From contig JANMQY010000079.1 in the NCBI GenBank assembly GCA_031370785.1, positions 32,001-96,000 of the forward strand: DNA of 64,000 nucleotides, read 5' to 3'. This DNA is from Candidatus Eiseniibacteriota bacterium (GTDB taxonomy: Bacteria > Eisenbacteria > RBG-16-71-46). Each line of letters begins with the position of its first letter. Position 1 is the first letter of the stretch. Under the pieces are notes generated by a model. It saw only the letters and a program-made list of their open reading frames with translations. It was not told where the DNA came from and searched no databases. Below are positions 8,863 to 19,298 of the stretch, piece by piece. The position numbers and the translations under genes are program-made.

Positions 8863-9551
8863 GCGCGACCGAAGTCGTCGCCGGCTTCGGTTTGCTCTTC
8901 GGCGTGGTGCTTGATCACCCGTGCCTCGGCGATGAACACCACTTCTTCGGCGATGTTGGTGGCGAGGTCGGCGACACGCTCCAGGTTGCGCGCGACCAGG
9001 ATCAGCTCCATCGCCCGGGTGATGGTGGTCGGATTCTCCACCATGAAACTGAGCAGCTCGCGGAAGACCTGATCGTTCAGACTGTCGACCACGTCGTCGG
9101 CGCGGCACAGGCGCCGCGCGCTCACGGCATCCTGGCGCACGAACGCGTCGAGCGACTCGCGCAGCATCCCGTTCGCGAGCTCGGCCATTCGCGGGATGTC
9201 CACCAGCGGCTTGAGCAGGGGCTGTCCGGCCAGCCGCATCACGCTTCCGGCGATATTCACCGCATGGTCGCCGACCCGCTCCAGGTCGTTGTTGATCTTG
9301 AGCGCGGCGGTGATGAAGCGCAGGTCGCGCGCCATCGGCTGCTGGAGCGCGAGCAGGCGCAGGCAGCGCTCGTCGATGTCGAGCTCCATGCGATCGATGA
9401 TCTTGTCGTCGGCGAAGACCTCGCGAGCCAGGGTCTCATCCAGACGGCGCAGCGCGTCGATCGACTTGAGCACGATGCTCTCGGAGTGTCCGCCCATGAG
9501 CAGCAGCTGCTGCTTGAGCTGCTCCAGCTCGCGTTCGAAATGCCTTTCCAC
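8859..9551 (-). CDS. phoU: Phosphate signalling protein PhoU
   Basis: GTG at 9551 (VERHFERELEQLK), QPMARDLRFI, DLERVGDHAVNIA and LERVADLATNIAEEV. Confidence 0.93.
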   Translation of the reverse strand: MERHFERELEQLKQQLLLMGGHSESIVLKSIDALRRLDETLAREVFADDKIIDRMELDIDERCLRLLALQQPMARDLRFITAALKINNDLERVGDHAVNIAGSVMRLAGQPLLKPLVDIPRMAELANGMLRESLDAFVRQDAVSARRLCRADDVVDSLNDQVFRELLSFMVENPTTITRAMELILVARNLERVADLATNIAEEVVFIAEARVIKHHAEEQTEAGDDFGRA

Positions 9552-9583
9552 GTGTGTTCTCCGCCCCGGTTTGGCGCCGGCGC

Positions 9584-10447
9584 TCAGCCGAAGCGCCCGG
9601 TGATGTATTCCTCGGTGAGCTTCTGGCGCGGGCGCGTGAACAGCTCCCGCGTATTGCCCACCTCGATCAGCTCTCCCGACAGCATGAACGCGGTCCGATC
9701 CGAGATGCGCGCGGCCTGCTGCATGTTGTGGGTCACGACCACGATCGTGTAGCGCGATTTGAGATCCAGCACCAGCTCTTCGATGCGTGCGGTTGCGGTC
9801 GGGTCGAGCGCGGAGGCCGGCTCGTCCATCAGCAGGACCTCGGGCTCGACCGCGAGCGCGCGCGCGATGCACATGCGCTGCTGCTGCCCGCCCGACAGCT
9901 GGAGCGCGGAGCGGCCGAGCCGGTCGCGCACCTCGTCCCACAGCGCCGCGCGGCGCAGGCTGTTCTCGACGTGCGACTCGAGCTCGCCACGGTCGCGAAT
10001 CCCGAGCAGCCGAAGTCCGAAGGCCACGTTGTCGAAGATGCTTCGCGGAAAGGGATTGGGGCGCTGGAACACCATGCCGACGCGACGCCTGAGCTCGACC
10101 GTGTCGGTCGATGGTGCGTAGACATCGATCTCGGACACCCGGATCTCGCCCGTGACGCGCACGCTGGGAATCAGATCGTTCATCCGGTTGAATGCGCGCA
10201 GCAGCGTACTCTTGCCGCATCCCGACGGGCCGATGATCGCGGTGACCCCCCGCTCCGGAACGTCGAGGGATACCGACTTGAGCGCCTGGTGGTTTCCGTA
10301 CCACAGGTTGAAGTCGCGCGTGCAGATGCGCGGCTCCACGACGCGCCCGCTCTCGGCATCGCGCGCCGGGTCCGGGTTGCGAGGCGCGGATCCGGCGGCG
10401 ATCTCCGGAAGGATCGTCCGGATCGTGGGAGGAGCTTCCAGAGACAC
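9584..10447 (-). CDS. pstB: Phosphate ABC transporter ATPase
   Basis: [39 protein letters not shown] and YITGRFG. GTG at 10447 follows GGAG. Confidence 0.93.
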   Translation of the reverse strand: MSLEAPPTIRTILPEIAAGSAPRNPDPARDAESGRVVEPRICTRDFNLWYGNHQALKSVSLDVPERGVTAIIGPSGCGKSTLLRAFNRMNDLIPSVRVTGEIRVSEIDVYAPSTDTVELRRRVGMVFQRPNPFPRSIFDNVAFGLRLLGIRDRGELESHVENSLRRAALWDEVRDRLGRSALQLSGGQQQRMCIARALAVEPEVLLMDEPASALDPTATARIEELVLDLKSRYTIVVVTHNMQQAARISDRTAFMLSGELIEVGNTRELFTRPRQKLTEEYITGRFG

Positions 10448-10449
10448 CC

Positions 10450-11334
10450 CTAGTTTCTCCCGGGCAATCGCCGCAAGGTCAGTCGCAGGATGCCGGACAT
10501 CAACGTGACGAGCAGGAGCAGCACGAGCGCTCCGGTCCAGGCCTGGCGGTTCCAGTCCTCGTAGGGCGCCTTGGCGTAATCGTAGATCATGACGGGAAGC
10601 GAGGCGATTGGCTGGTCCAGGCGAATCGACCAGAACCGGTTGCCGAGCGCGGTGAACAGCAGCGGCGCGGTCTCCCCGGCGGCGCGCGACAGCGCGAGCA
10701 GGCTCGCGGTCACGATGCCGGCCGAGGCCGACGGGATCACCACCGACTGGATCGCGCGCCAGCGCGGCGCTCCCAGCGCGAGCGCGGCCTCGGTGTAGGA
10801 GCGCGGCACGAGGCGCACCACTTCCTCGGTCGAGCGCACGATGGTCGGCAGCATCAGGATGGCGAGCGCGACGCCGCCAGCCAGGGCCGAGAACCGGCCC
10901 ATCGGCAGCACCACCAGCCCGTAGGCCGCGACCCCGACCACGATCGACGGCACGCCGGCGAGAACATCGGCGGTGTAGCGCACGATCATTCCCAGTCGGC
11001 CTCCGCCATACGTCGCGAGCCACACGCCGGCGCCGACTCCGACCGGCACCGCGATCAGGCCGCCGAGCCCGGTCACGATCAGCGTCCCGATGATCGCGTT
11101 GGCCATGCCGCCGCCCGGCTCTCCGACCGGCTTGGGCAGATTGAAGAAGAACGAAGGGCGAAGCGCAGGCAGACCCTTCGCGAGCAGGTGCCACACGATG
11201 AAGGCGAGCGGCAGCACCACCAGCGCGGCCGCGATCCAGCACGCCGCAAGGAGCGAGGCGTTGTGAATCAGCCGCAACCTCGAGGGGCCGCGCCCGGCCG
11301 AACGGGCCAGCGCGTCAGGCCGTGCCGGCGACAT
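10450..11334 (-). CDS. pstA: Phosphate ABC transporter permease
   Basis: [18 protein letters not shown] and [12 protein letters not shown]. Confidence 0.92.
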   Translation of the reverse strand: MSPARPDALARSAGRGPSRLRLIHNASLLAACWIAAALVVLPLAFIVWHLLAKGLPALRPSFFFNLPKPVGEPGGGMANAIIGTLIVTGLGGLIAVPVGVGAGVWLATYGGGRLGMIVRYTADVLAGVPSIVVGVAAYGLVVLPMGRFSALAGGVALAILMLPTIVRSTEEVVRLVPRSYTEAALALGAPRWRAIQSVVIPSASAGIVTASLLALSRAAGETAPLLFTALGNRFWSIRLDQPIASLPVMIYDYAKAPYEDWNRQAWTGALVLLLLVTLMSGILRLTLRRLPGRN

Positions 11335-12310
11335 CGCGTCTTCCTCCGGTCGCGAGGTGGACGAGCAGGCGCGCCCCGGCGTTGACCACCAGCGTCAGCG
11401 CGAACAGCACCAGCGCCACCTCGATCAGCGCGGAAAGGTAGAGAGCGCCGGTCGCCTCGGTGAACTCGTTGGCGATCACGCTCGCCATGGTCGAGCCGGG
11501 CGCGAGCAACGAGGCCGAGATGCGATTGGTGTTCCCGATCACCATGGTCACCGCCATGGTTTCCCCGAGCGCGCGCCCGAGCGCAAGGATCACCGCGCCG
11601 AGGATTCCCGGCCTCGCGGCGTCGACCGCGACCGCGATCGCCTCGGCGCGGGTCGAGCCGAGCGCCAGCGCCGCTTCACGCAGCGAACGCGGCGTCGCGA
11701 GCAGGATCTCTCGCGAGATCGAGACCACCGTCGGCAGCACCATGATGGCGAGCACGATGCCCGCGTTGAGAACGCCGATGCCGAAGGGGGGACCCGTGAA
11801 CAGCGGCATGAACCCGAGGTGCTGGATCAGCCACGGCTCGACGGCGGTGCGCAGGACGGGCGCGAGCACGAACAGTCCCCACAGCCCGTACACGATGCTC
11901 GGGATCGAGGCGAGCAGATCGACCACGAACGCGACGGCTTCGCCGACCCGGGGCGGCGCCAGCTCGGAGAGGAACACCGCGGCCCCGATCCCGAGCGGCA
12001 CCGCGAGCAGCATCGCGATCGCCGAGGTCACCAGCGTGCCGTACACGTAGGGCAGCGCGCCGAACTTCTCCGCGACCGGATCCCAGGTGGTGGAGGTGAA
12101 GAACTGCCACCCGAAGGTGCGCAACGAGAGCTGCGCGCCCCGAGTGGACTCGAACACGATCAGCGCGGCGACCAGGAACACGAACAGGGCGCACGCGCCG
12201 AGCAGCCCCTGGTATGCGGTGTCGGCATGTGCCCAGGGCTTCGCCCGTGCGATCGGTCGGGTGAGCACCGGCAGATGGCTCGCGCCGGCCGTTCCGGTTC
12301 GGGAGGTCAC
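11315..12310 (-). CDS. pstC: Phosphate ABC transporter permease
   Basis: WDPVAEKFGALP, SIPSIVYGLWG and GRALGETMAV. Confidence 0.92.
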   Translation of the reverse strand: MTSRTGTAGASHLPVLTRPIARAKPWAHADTAYQGLLGACALFVFLVAALIVFESTRGAQLSLRTFGWQFFTSTTWDPVAEKFGALPYVYGTLVTSAIAMLLAVPLGIGAAVFLSELAPPRVGEAVAFVVDLLASIPSIVYGLWGLFVLAPVLRTAVEPWLIQHLGFMPLFTGPPFGIGVLNAGIVLAIMVLPTVVSISREILLATPRSLREAALALGSTRAEAIAVAVDAARPGILGAVILALGRALGETMAVTMVIGNTNRISASLLAPGSTMASVIANEFTEATGALYLSALIEVALVLFALTLVVNAGARLLVHLATGGRRDVAGTA

Positions 12311-12326
12311 CGGCTGTCCCGGGCGC

Positions 12327-13388
12327 TCACTGCAGCACCGGCCTGCCGTTCGCGGTCAGCTTGAGCAGGTTCGCATCGTTGATCTTGATCACCGCCTCGG
12401 GCAGCCGGGCGTAGTCCAGCGCCTCGGCCATGCTCTGTCCGTCGTGCATCGCCCAGCGGATGAATTCCGCGAGCGTGCGCGCTTTCTTCCCGTCCTTCAG
12501 GTCCCTGTAGACGAGCAGATAGGTGAGCCCCGCGATGGGGTAGGCGTCCGGGCTCGCCGAGTTCACGATTGGTGCGCGTACGTCCTTCGCAAGCGCCGCC
12601 TCCGCGCCGGCGACGGCCGCGGTGGTCGAAGCCAGCGAGGGTTCGACGAACTTGCCCGCCTTGTTGCGCAGCGCCGCGATCGGAAGCTGGTTCTGCTTCG
12701 CATACGCCAGCTCCACGTAGCCGATCGCGCCCGGAGATTGCCGTATCAGGCCGGCCACGCCCTCGTTGCCCTTGCCGCCGACACCGGCCGGCCAGCTCAC
12801 CGAGGTGTTGGCGCCGACCAGCTCCTTCCACTCGGTGCTGACCGACGAGAGGTAGGTGGTGAAGATGTTCGTCGTGCCGCTGCCATCCGACCGGTGCACA
12901 GGCAGGATCGGCACCGGAGGCAGCGCGACGCCGGGGTTGGCGGCGGCGATCGCCTTGTCGTTCCACACCGTGATCCGGCCGAGAGAGATTCCGGTCAGGG
13001 CCTCGGGCGTGAGCTGGAGCCGGCCCTTGAAGTCGGGAAGGTTGTAGGCGATCGCGACCGCCCCGGCGACGGTCGGGAAATGGATGATCGGGCGCGGCAG
13101 CTCGCGGAGCCGATCGTCCGAGAGCGCCGCGTCGCTGGCCCCGAAATCGACGGTGCCGGCCTTCACCTGCTGGATGCCCGCGCCGCTGCCGATCGACTGA
13201 TAGTTGATGCCCACCCCGGTCTTCTTCTGGTACGTGTCGAACCACTTCGAGTAGATGGGATAGGGAAAGGTCGCGCCTGCCCCGGTCAGATTCTGCGCCC
13301 GCGCACAACTGGCCGGACCGAGCGCCGCCAGCGCCAGGCCGAGGAGCGCCGCGACTCCGGTCACCTGTCGCTTCAATGTGCTTCTCAT
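12327..13388 (-). CDS. pstS: Phosphate ABC transporter substrate-binding protein
   Basis: Signal peptide from the ATG at 13388; GAGATFP, YQSIGSGAG, DFGASD and RSDGSGTT. Confidence 0.95.
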   Translation of the reverse strand: MRSTLKRQVTGVAALLGLALAALGPASCARAQNLTGAGATFPYPIYSKWFDTYQKKTGVGINYQSIGSGAGIQQVKAGTVDFGASDAALSDDRLRELPRPIIHFPTVAGAVAIAYNLPDFKGRLQLTPEALTGISLGRITVWNDKAIAAANPGVALPPVPILPVHRSDGSGTTNIFTTYLSSVSTEWKELVGANTSVSWPAGVGGKGNEGVAGLIRQSPGAIGYVELAYAKQNQLPIAALRNKAGKFVEPSLASTTAAVAGAEAALAKDVRAPIVNSASPDAYPIAGLTYLLVYRDLKDGKKARTLAEFIRWAMHDGQSMAEALDYARLPEAVIKINDANLLKLTANGRPVLQ

Positions 13389-13411
13389 GGGTCTGGCCCT
13401 TTCGTTGAGTT

Positions 13412-14617
13412 TCACGACTGCGGCCTGCTGAACCGGTAGAACAGAGTGATGCGGGCCTGCAGGTCGTGGTGAGCGGGGGCGACCGCCGTGCCCTTCGCCA
13501 GATACTGAGTGGCCTCGACGTTGGGAATGACGTGGACGTCCTTGAACGGCTGCCAGTCGACACCCGCGATCCACAGCTGCGAATCCACGCGATTGCTCGC
13601 GCGACGATTTGGAATCCACTGGTCGAAGCGCGCCAGCAGCACGACCGTGGAGCTTAACGTCGCGCGGGCAAAACACGAGTACCCGCGCGGCTCCTCGGTC
13701 GGGGCCGGACCCTTTCGATTCAGCCGGTCGAGCGCCTCGAAACCGATCGCGACGCGCCTGAATTCATATCCCGCGAAGATCTTCCAGGTGGTCTGGTCGT
13801 TGTTGATCGCCGCGCTCTCGGGCTGGACCGGCTGCGCTCGGTCGAGGTTCACCCGCACGCCCTGATAGTCCGCGTACGGCTCGATGCGCAGAGCGCCCAC
13901 ACGCAGCGGCAGCGCGAAGTAGAGCTTCTTGAACCGATCGGTCTCCGGTTTCTGGCCGGTGCCATCGCCGATCGCGGCGATGTAGCCGACATGGTGATCC
14001 GGGTCGGCGAATCCCTTGAGCTCGAGGGCGAGGTCGGTCGCATTGCCGATCGAGCGGAAGTCGCCAATCGTCTTCTCGACCGCGCGGTATTGCCAGAAAT
14101 CCTCGGAGTTCTCCCACGTTGGAGTGACGATCATGCCGACGTACAGATCGGTGCGCGGCAGGACGCCCTTGGCCTGAAGGTAGGCCGAGCGCAGGGCGAC
14201 TCCGATCTTTCCGTCCGAGGTCAGGGACTTGCTGTCGGCTTCGAGTCGAAAGCGCGTGGCGAGGCGGACCGAAAGATCGTTGTCGAGCTGGAAGTAGACG
14301 CGGCGGATCTGAACGCCGTTCAATCCCTGGGTGATCGGTTTCTTTCCGTCGATGTTGGTCTGACCCAGGTCCGCGCCGTTCACGTCGTAGACGTGGCTGG
14401 GGTCACCGGAGAGATTGCCGTAGAGGTCACCGAACACCAGGCCGCTGATCCGTCCGCGCGGGAAGTCGGGGGGGGTCTGCGGAACCACGATCGCGATCGG
14501 GATCGGCGGCGGGGTCGAGGCGCTATCCGGCGAGGTCGAGCCGGTCGCGGACATCTGTGCGGAGCAGGGGACCGCAACGGTCAGCGCTGCGGCAATGAAC
14601 CAGGCGCGTCCTGTCAT
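13412..14617 (-). CDS. Outer-membrane porin, probably phosphate-selective (OprO/OprP-like)
   Basis: Signal peptide (MTGRAWFIAAAL), IRRVYF motif, amphipathic beta strands and a near-terminal YRF. It is the first gene of the pst operon and has an AAAGGAG RBS. Confidence 0.72.
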   Translation of the reverse strand: MTGRAWFIAAALTVAVPCSAQMSATGSTSPDSASTPPPIPIAIVVPQTPPDFPRGRISGLVFGDLYGNLSGDPSHVYDVNGADLGQTNIDGKKPITQGLNGVQIRRVYFQLDNDLSVRLATRFRLEADSKSLTSDGKIGVALRSAYLQAKGVLPRTDLYVGMIVTPTWENSEDFWQYRAVEKTIGDFRSIGNATDLALELKGFADPDHHVGYIAAIGDGTGQKPETDRFKKLYFALPLRVGALRIEPYADYQGVRVNLDRAQPVQPESAAINNDQTTWKIFAGYEFRRVAIGFEALDRLNRKGPAPTEEPRGYSCFARATLSSTVVLLARFDQWIPNRRASNRVDSQLWIAGVDWQPFKDVHVIPNVEATQYLAKGTAVAPAHHDLQARITLFYRFSRPQS

Positions 14618-14710
14618 GGCGCTCCTTTCGGGATGGAGTGTCGCTGCAACTGGAGTTTCGAGGGGTTCCACTTCGGCCGCCGCATGTCCCGGTAAAAGAA
14701 CACGGCGGGA

Positions 14711-14739
14711 GTTACGGCAGCGTTACGGCCGGATGAAAT
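14711..14739 (-). promoter_or_regulatory. Pho box (three 11-bp-period repeats) upstream of the porin-pstSCAB-phoU operon
   Basis: Minus strand reads ATTTCAT-N4-CCGTAAC-N4-CCGTAAC, matching the CTGTCAT-N4 repeat architecture of PhoB sites. Confidence 0.7.
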
Positions 14740-14804
14740 GCATGGAACGGCCGACAAGGCGCAGGGAATTCCACGGGGAGTCCGTCTGCCAGCGCCTCAG
14801 AGCC

Positions 14805-15146
14805 TCATTCTTCGTCGGTCCGGGCGCGTTCGCGTTTCCGGCGCGCGGCAACCCGCTTGGCGGCGAGGCGCGCCTCGACCGCGGAGCGGCTCGGCCGGGT
14901 CGCGTGACGTGGCTTGGGCTTGTGGGCGCGGCGCTGGATCTCGGCCCACACCCTTTCGAGTGCGGCTTCACGGTTGCGCAGCTGCGAGCGGCTCTCGGTG
15001 GCGATGCGGGTGATTCCGGTCGGGCGATGGCGCACGCGCACGCTCGACTCGGTCTTGTTCTTCTTCTGTCCGCCCGGCCCCGACGATTTGTAGGCAACGA
15101 CATCGCAGTCGCGGGCCAGGCGCTCGAGATGTTCCGGCAACGCCAT
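14805..15146 (-). CDS. arfB: Peptidyl-tRNA hydrolase / ribosome rescue factor ArfB-like (RF-1 domain)
   Basis: SSGPGGQ, ESRSQLRNR and a basic tail PKPRHATRPS...KR. Confidence 0.75.
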   Translation of the reverse strand: MALPEHLERLARDCDVVAYKSSGPGGQKKNKTESSVRVRHRPTGITRIATESRSQLRNREAALERVWAEIQRRAHKPKPRHATRPSRSAVEARLAAKRVAARRKRERARTDEE

Positions 15147-15455
15147 GGCCGCATGCTAGCGCAGGAGCGGCCGCGTTTCGCTGCCGTTTGGTGAGCGTTT
15201 ACTTCCCGCCATGCCCGGCGAATGACCTATTGCATCGAAGGTGCGAACTCGGGGATCATCGTGCGGTCGCCAAGCCGGCCCGGGTCTCACACCTCGGACC
15301 GGAGGCATGGCACGCGCGGGACGCGCGCCATCAGCCCCACAGGAAATCGAAGCGCGTCATCGTGCCATCGCAACCTGCCACGCCGGCGCGCCTCTTGGAG
15401 ATCCACCATCCCCCGTTCCTCCTGCCCCGCATCGGGCCCGGCATTCGCACGCCGC

Positions 15456-17672
15456 GTGGCCCGGATCTTCGCGATTGCCGTTTTTGGAGCACTCACGCTG
15501 TTCGGTAGCCCACGCGCGGGTAATCGCATCTGGACGGGCGTCGCGCCGCGGGCCCGGAGCATCGAGGCAATCGCGCGCGATCCTCTGAACCCTTCTCGCA
15601 TGTGGGTCGCCTCGTTCGGAGCCGGCGTGTACCGGTCGCTGGACGGGGGGGTGACCTGGAAGGCATATCGCTCGGGCCTGATCAACACCTTCGTGCGCTG
15701 TCTCGCAGTTCAGCCCCTGCATCCGGATTCGGTTCTGTGCGGCACTAACGACGGCGTGTTCCTCAGCGTGGACGGTGGCGTGACGTGGAAGGCTCTGCTC
15801 TCGACGACTCGATCGGTGCGCTCGCTCGCCATTCATCCGGTGCGGACCGGCGTCGTCTATGCGGCGCTGTACGGCGGCGGCGTCTACAAGTCGCTGAACG
15901 CGGGCGCGAGCTGGAGCGCGATCAACCTGGGCCTGGTCAACACCAACGTGCGTGACATCGCGATCTATCCGACGCGGCCCGAGACCCTGCTGGCTGCGAC
16001 CGGGACCGGCGGCGGAATTCATCGGAGCTTCAACGGTGGCTTGAGCTGGGCCCAGGTGCCGGACACTACGGCAACTCGGGGCGCGGCGGAGCAGGTGCAG
16101 TTCGACGCGCTCGACCCCTCGCGAATCTATGTCGCCGAGCTGGACCGCGGCGTGCTGCGCAGCACCGACGGCGGCACCAACTGGGGGCGCATCAACGGTG
16201 GCCTGTCGTCGTTCCGGGGACGATCGCTGGCGGTGGTGGACACGCTGCGCTGGTTCGGCACCGACGGCGCCGGCGTTTTCGTGACCTCGCTCAACGATAC
16301 GATGTGGCACCCCGTCGACATCGGGCCGACCGGCCGGGTCGTGGATGCGCTGTGGTCCTCGGCCGCGGAACCGTCCACCGCCCTCGCGGGTACTGACGGA
16401 GACGGGATGTTCCTCACTTCCGACCGCGGAGCGTCGTGGATCCCGGTAGACGGCGGCCTGATGTCCACTCAGGCGTTTTCACTCGCGGTGCGCCCATCCA
16501 CTCATGTCGTCTATGCCGGCACCGGCTTCGGCGATCAGTTCTGGCGGAGCGCGGACGTCGGCGCGTCGTGGACGCGCGCCACGCGATTGGTCACGAACAA
16601 TTCGGAACATGGTGTCGCACCGGATCCGCTGCTGGCCGGTCGAGTGTATCTGTCGGCGTATGGCTCGGGGGTGTACCGCAGTGATGACGATGGCGCGACC
16701 TGGCTGAATCCCGACAGCCTGAACGCAACGCTCACCAACCGGTTCGTCCGCCCGCTGCTGGTCTGGCCGGGCCAGAGCGAGCACCTGTTCGTCGGCACCG
16801 GCATCGGACCATTCGAGAGCACGGACGGAGGCGCGCAATGGGCTTCACGCGTCGGGAACCTGCCGGCGGGCTTCGGCGTGCACTCAATGGCGCTGGTGCC
16901 GGGGGTGCCGGCCACGTTGTATGTGGGGAACGACAGCGCCGGCGTCTACCGCTCGAACGATGGCGGCACGACCTGGAATCAAAAATCGGCCGGGCTGCTC
17001 TCGCCATTCGTTCGCGCCATCGTAGTGGACGCCGTCGATCCGCTCCGGGTATACGTCGCGACCGACTCGGGAGTATTTCGCAGCGTCGATGGGGGTAACG
17101 CGTGGGTCGCGGCGCGCGCCGGGCTCCCCGCGGGGCTGGTGGTGCGGGCGCTGGTGCAGGATCCGGCGCACGGAGCGCTATTCTGCGGCGTCTATGGAGG
17201 CGGAGTGTTCGAGAGCGTCGATGGTGCCGGCACCTGGCTGCCGGTCTTCGGGCAGCAGGGGCTCAGTGATCTGCACGTACGCGCGCTTGCGGTGGACACC
17301 GGCCAGCGCGCCCTCTATGCCGGCACCGAGAACGGTGTCGCCTCGGTGACCTTCTACGACGCCCTCGACGTGCCGCGGCCGGTTGCGGGATCCAGGCTTA
17401 GCCTTTCGGCCTCGCCCAACCCTTCGTCCGGGTCCGGACCCGAGCTGCGCTTCGCAATGGCACGTGCCGGCTCCGCGCAGCTTTCGATCTACGACACGGC
17501 CGGGCGCCGGGTGCGGGTGCTCGCCGACGCGTGGCTCGAAGCCGGGGAGCACGAGGCGCGCTGGGACGGCCGGGACGCCCGCGGCTTTCCCGCGCCGGCC
17601 GGTCTCTATTTCGCGCGGCTGGTCGTACCCGACGGAGTCCGTGTCGTGCGTCTCGCGCGCCTCATGAGGTGA
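15456..17672 (+). CDS. Secreted Asp-box/BNR (VPS10/sortilin-like) beta-propeller protein with C-terminal FlgD-Ig-like domain
   Basis: About 13 SxDGGxTW repeats and a C-terminal SPNPS...LSIYDTAGRRVRVL...WDGRD..G..APAGLYFARL. The start is uncertain: the ORF is open from 15222 and a signal-like segment follows the GTG at 15456. Confidence 0.75.
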   Translation: MARIFAIAVFGALTLFGSPRAGNRIWTGVAPRARSIEAIARDPLNPSRMWVASFGAGVYRSLDGGVTWKAYRSGLINTFVRCLAVQPLHPDSVLCGTNDGVFLSVDGGVTWKALLSTTRSVRSLAIHPVRTGVVYAALYGGGVYKSLNAGASWSAINLGLVNTNVRDIAIYPTRPETLLAATGTGGGIHRSFNGGLSWAQVPDTTATRGAAEQVQFDALDPSRIYVAELDRGVLRSTDGGTNWGRINGGLSSFRGRSLAVVDTLRWFGTDGAGVFVTSLNDTMWHPVDIGPTGRVVDALWSSAAEPSTALAGTDGDGMFLTSDRGASWIPVDGGLMSTQAFSLAVRPSTHVVYAGTGFGDQFWRSADVGASWTRATRLVTNNSEHGVAPDPLLAGRVYLSAYGSGVYRSDDDGATWLNPDSLNATLTNRFVRPLLVWPGQSEHLFVGTGIGPFESTDGGAQWASRVGNLPAGFGVHSMALVPGVPATLYVGNDSAGVYRSNDGGTTWNQKSAGLLSPFVRAIVVDAVDPLRVYVATDSGVFRSVDGGNAWVAARAGLPAGLVVRALVQDPAHGALFCGVYGGGVFESVDGAGTWLPVFGQQGLSDLHVRALAVDTGQRALYAGTENGVASVTFYDALDVPRPVAGSRLSLSASPNPSSGSGPELRFAMARAGSAQLSIYDTAGRRVRVLADAWLEAGEHEARWDGRDARGFPAPAGLYFARLVVPDGVRVVRLARLMR

Positions 17673-18856
17673 TGCGGGGCATGCTCGTTCCGGGATTTCT
17701 GACGCTCGGCCTCGTGGCGTACGGCCTGTGGGAGTCGCGCTCCCACGCGGCCATGCTGTCCCGCATTCCGACCCGCGTCCACGTCAACGGCACGCGCGGA
17801 AAGTCCTCGGTGACCCGGCTCATCGCCGGTGGATTGCGCATGGGTGGCGTGAGGACTTTCGCCAAGACCACCGGCACCATGGCGCGCATGATTCGTCCCG
17901 ACGGCGCAGAGGTGGACGTGTATCGAGTCGGCCGGCCCAACATCATCGAGCAGACACGCATCATACGCCGCGCGGTGGAAGCGGACACCCACGCGCTGGT
18001 CGTCGAGTGCATGGCGGTCTCACCCGAGCTACAACCGCTCTCCGAGCTGCGGCTGATCCGCAGCACGGTCGGCGTCATCACTAATTGCCGCGCCGACCAC
18101 CTTGACGTGATGGGACCGACCACCGACGACGTCGCGCGGGCGCTGGCGCAGACCTGCCCGCTGCGTGGACACCTGTTCACCGCGGAGCGCGATCGCGCGT
18201 GGATCCTCGAATCGGTCGCGCGCGATCGCGGCACGGATCTGCACGTGATCGATTCTGCGGACGTCACGCCCGCCGAGATGGCGTCTTTCTCGTACATCGA
18301 GCATGCAGAGAACGTCGCGCTGGCCCTTGCGGTGTGCACGCACCTCGGGGTGTCGCGCGAGGCGGCGCTGGCGGGCATGCAGGTGGCGACTCCCGACCCG
18401 GGCGTGCTTCGCCGGTTCGTGGTTCACGTCGGGGGCAGAACGGTCGAATTCGTGAATGCGTTTGCCGCCAATGACCCGGACTCCACCCTGCTCATCTGGG
18501 AGCGCCTCGGACTCGAAGTGCCCCGCGCCGGAATCCAGCGAATCGTTCTGGCCCACTGCCGCCCCGATCGGATACAGCGCTCGGGCCAGATCGCGCAACT
18601 GGTCGCCACCCGACTGAAGTCGGATCACGTCGTGCTCTGCGGAGAGGATACCGATCTGGTGGCGTTTCACGCGGTCAAGGCGGGACTGCCGCGCGAGCGA
18701 ATCAGCAATCTCGGAGGGCGCGGCGCGGAAGCGGTGTATGAACATGTTCTCGATCTCGTGAAGGAGAAGGGCATCGTGGTCGGAATCGGCAATATCGTGG
18801 GACTGGGGGAGGAAATCGTGCTCCATTTCAGAAACCGGATGGTGCGTGGTGGTTGA
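17672..18856 (+). CDS. pgsB: Poly-gamma-glutamate synthase PgsB/CapB
   Basis: RVHVNGTRGKSSVTRLI, AKTTGT, PNIIEQ, VECMA, DHLDVMGPT, NAFAANDPDST and GIGNIVG. The ATG overlaps the upstream stop (TGATG). Confidence 0.92.
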   Translation: MRGMLVPGFLTLGLVAYGLWESRSHAAMLSRIPTRVHVNGTRGKSSVTRLIAGGLRMGGVRTFAKTTGTMARMIRPDGAEVDVYRVGRPNIIEQTRIIRRAVEADTHALVVECMAVSPELQPLSELRLIRSTVGVITNCRADHLDVMGPTTDDVARALAQTCPLRGHLFTAERDRAWILESVARDRGTDLHVIDSADVTPAEMASFSYIEHAENVALALAVCTHLGVSREAALAGMQVATPDPGVLRRFVVHVGGRTVEFVNAFAANDPDSTLLIWERLGLEVPRAGIQRIVLAHCRPDRIQRSGQIAQLVATRLKSDHVVLCGEDTDLVAFHAVKAGLPRERISNLGGRGAEAVYEHVLDLVKEKGIVVGIGNIVGLGEEIVLHFRNRMVRGG

Positions 18857-19298
18857 ACAGGCGATCGGCCTCGGTCTGGTGATCAGCCTGATCTTCTCGG
18901 AGACTCTCGGACTGGCGGCCGGAGGCATGGTGGTGCCCGGATACCTCGCGCTCACCATCCACGAGCCGCTGCGCATCCTCGGCACCGTGCTGATCGCGCT
19001 GCTCACCTTCGGCGCGGTGAGGTTCCTGTCGCTCTATACGCTCATCTATGGGCGGCGACGCATCGTGGTCGCCGTGCTCATCGGATTCGTATTCGGCGCA
19101 CTGTCGCGCAACCTGCTGTTCTTCCGCTGGCACGAGACTCCCGTCGACATTCGCACCATCGGATACGTCATCCCCGGCCTGATCGCCAACTGGATGGAGC
19201 GCCAGGGCGTGCTACAGACCCTGTGCGTCATGACCACCACCGCGGTTCTGGTGCGCCTGCTGTTGATGCTGATCAACGGCGGAACCCTCATCCGATGA
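18846..19298 (+). CDS. pgsC: Poly-gamma-glutamate biosynthesis protein PgsC/CapC
   Basis: GLAAGGMVVPGYLAL, IYGRRR and IGYVIPGLIANWMERQG. Confidence 0.92.
   Translation: MVVEQAIGLGLVISLIFSETLGLAAGGMVVPGYLALTIHEPLRILGTVLIALLTFGAVRFLSLYTLIYGRRRIVVAVLIGFVFGALSRNLLFFRWHETPVDIRTIGYVIPGLIANWMERQGVLQTLCVMTTTAVLVRLLLMLINGGTLIR

Noticed and set aside
8859..11242. Long ORFs 8859..10304 (481 aa) and 9584..11242 (552 aa) as fusion proteins
   Set aside because: The N-terminal parts are off-frame read-through of pstB and pstA in GC-rich DNA. The real starts are GTG 9551 and GTG 10447.
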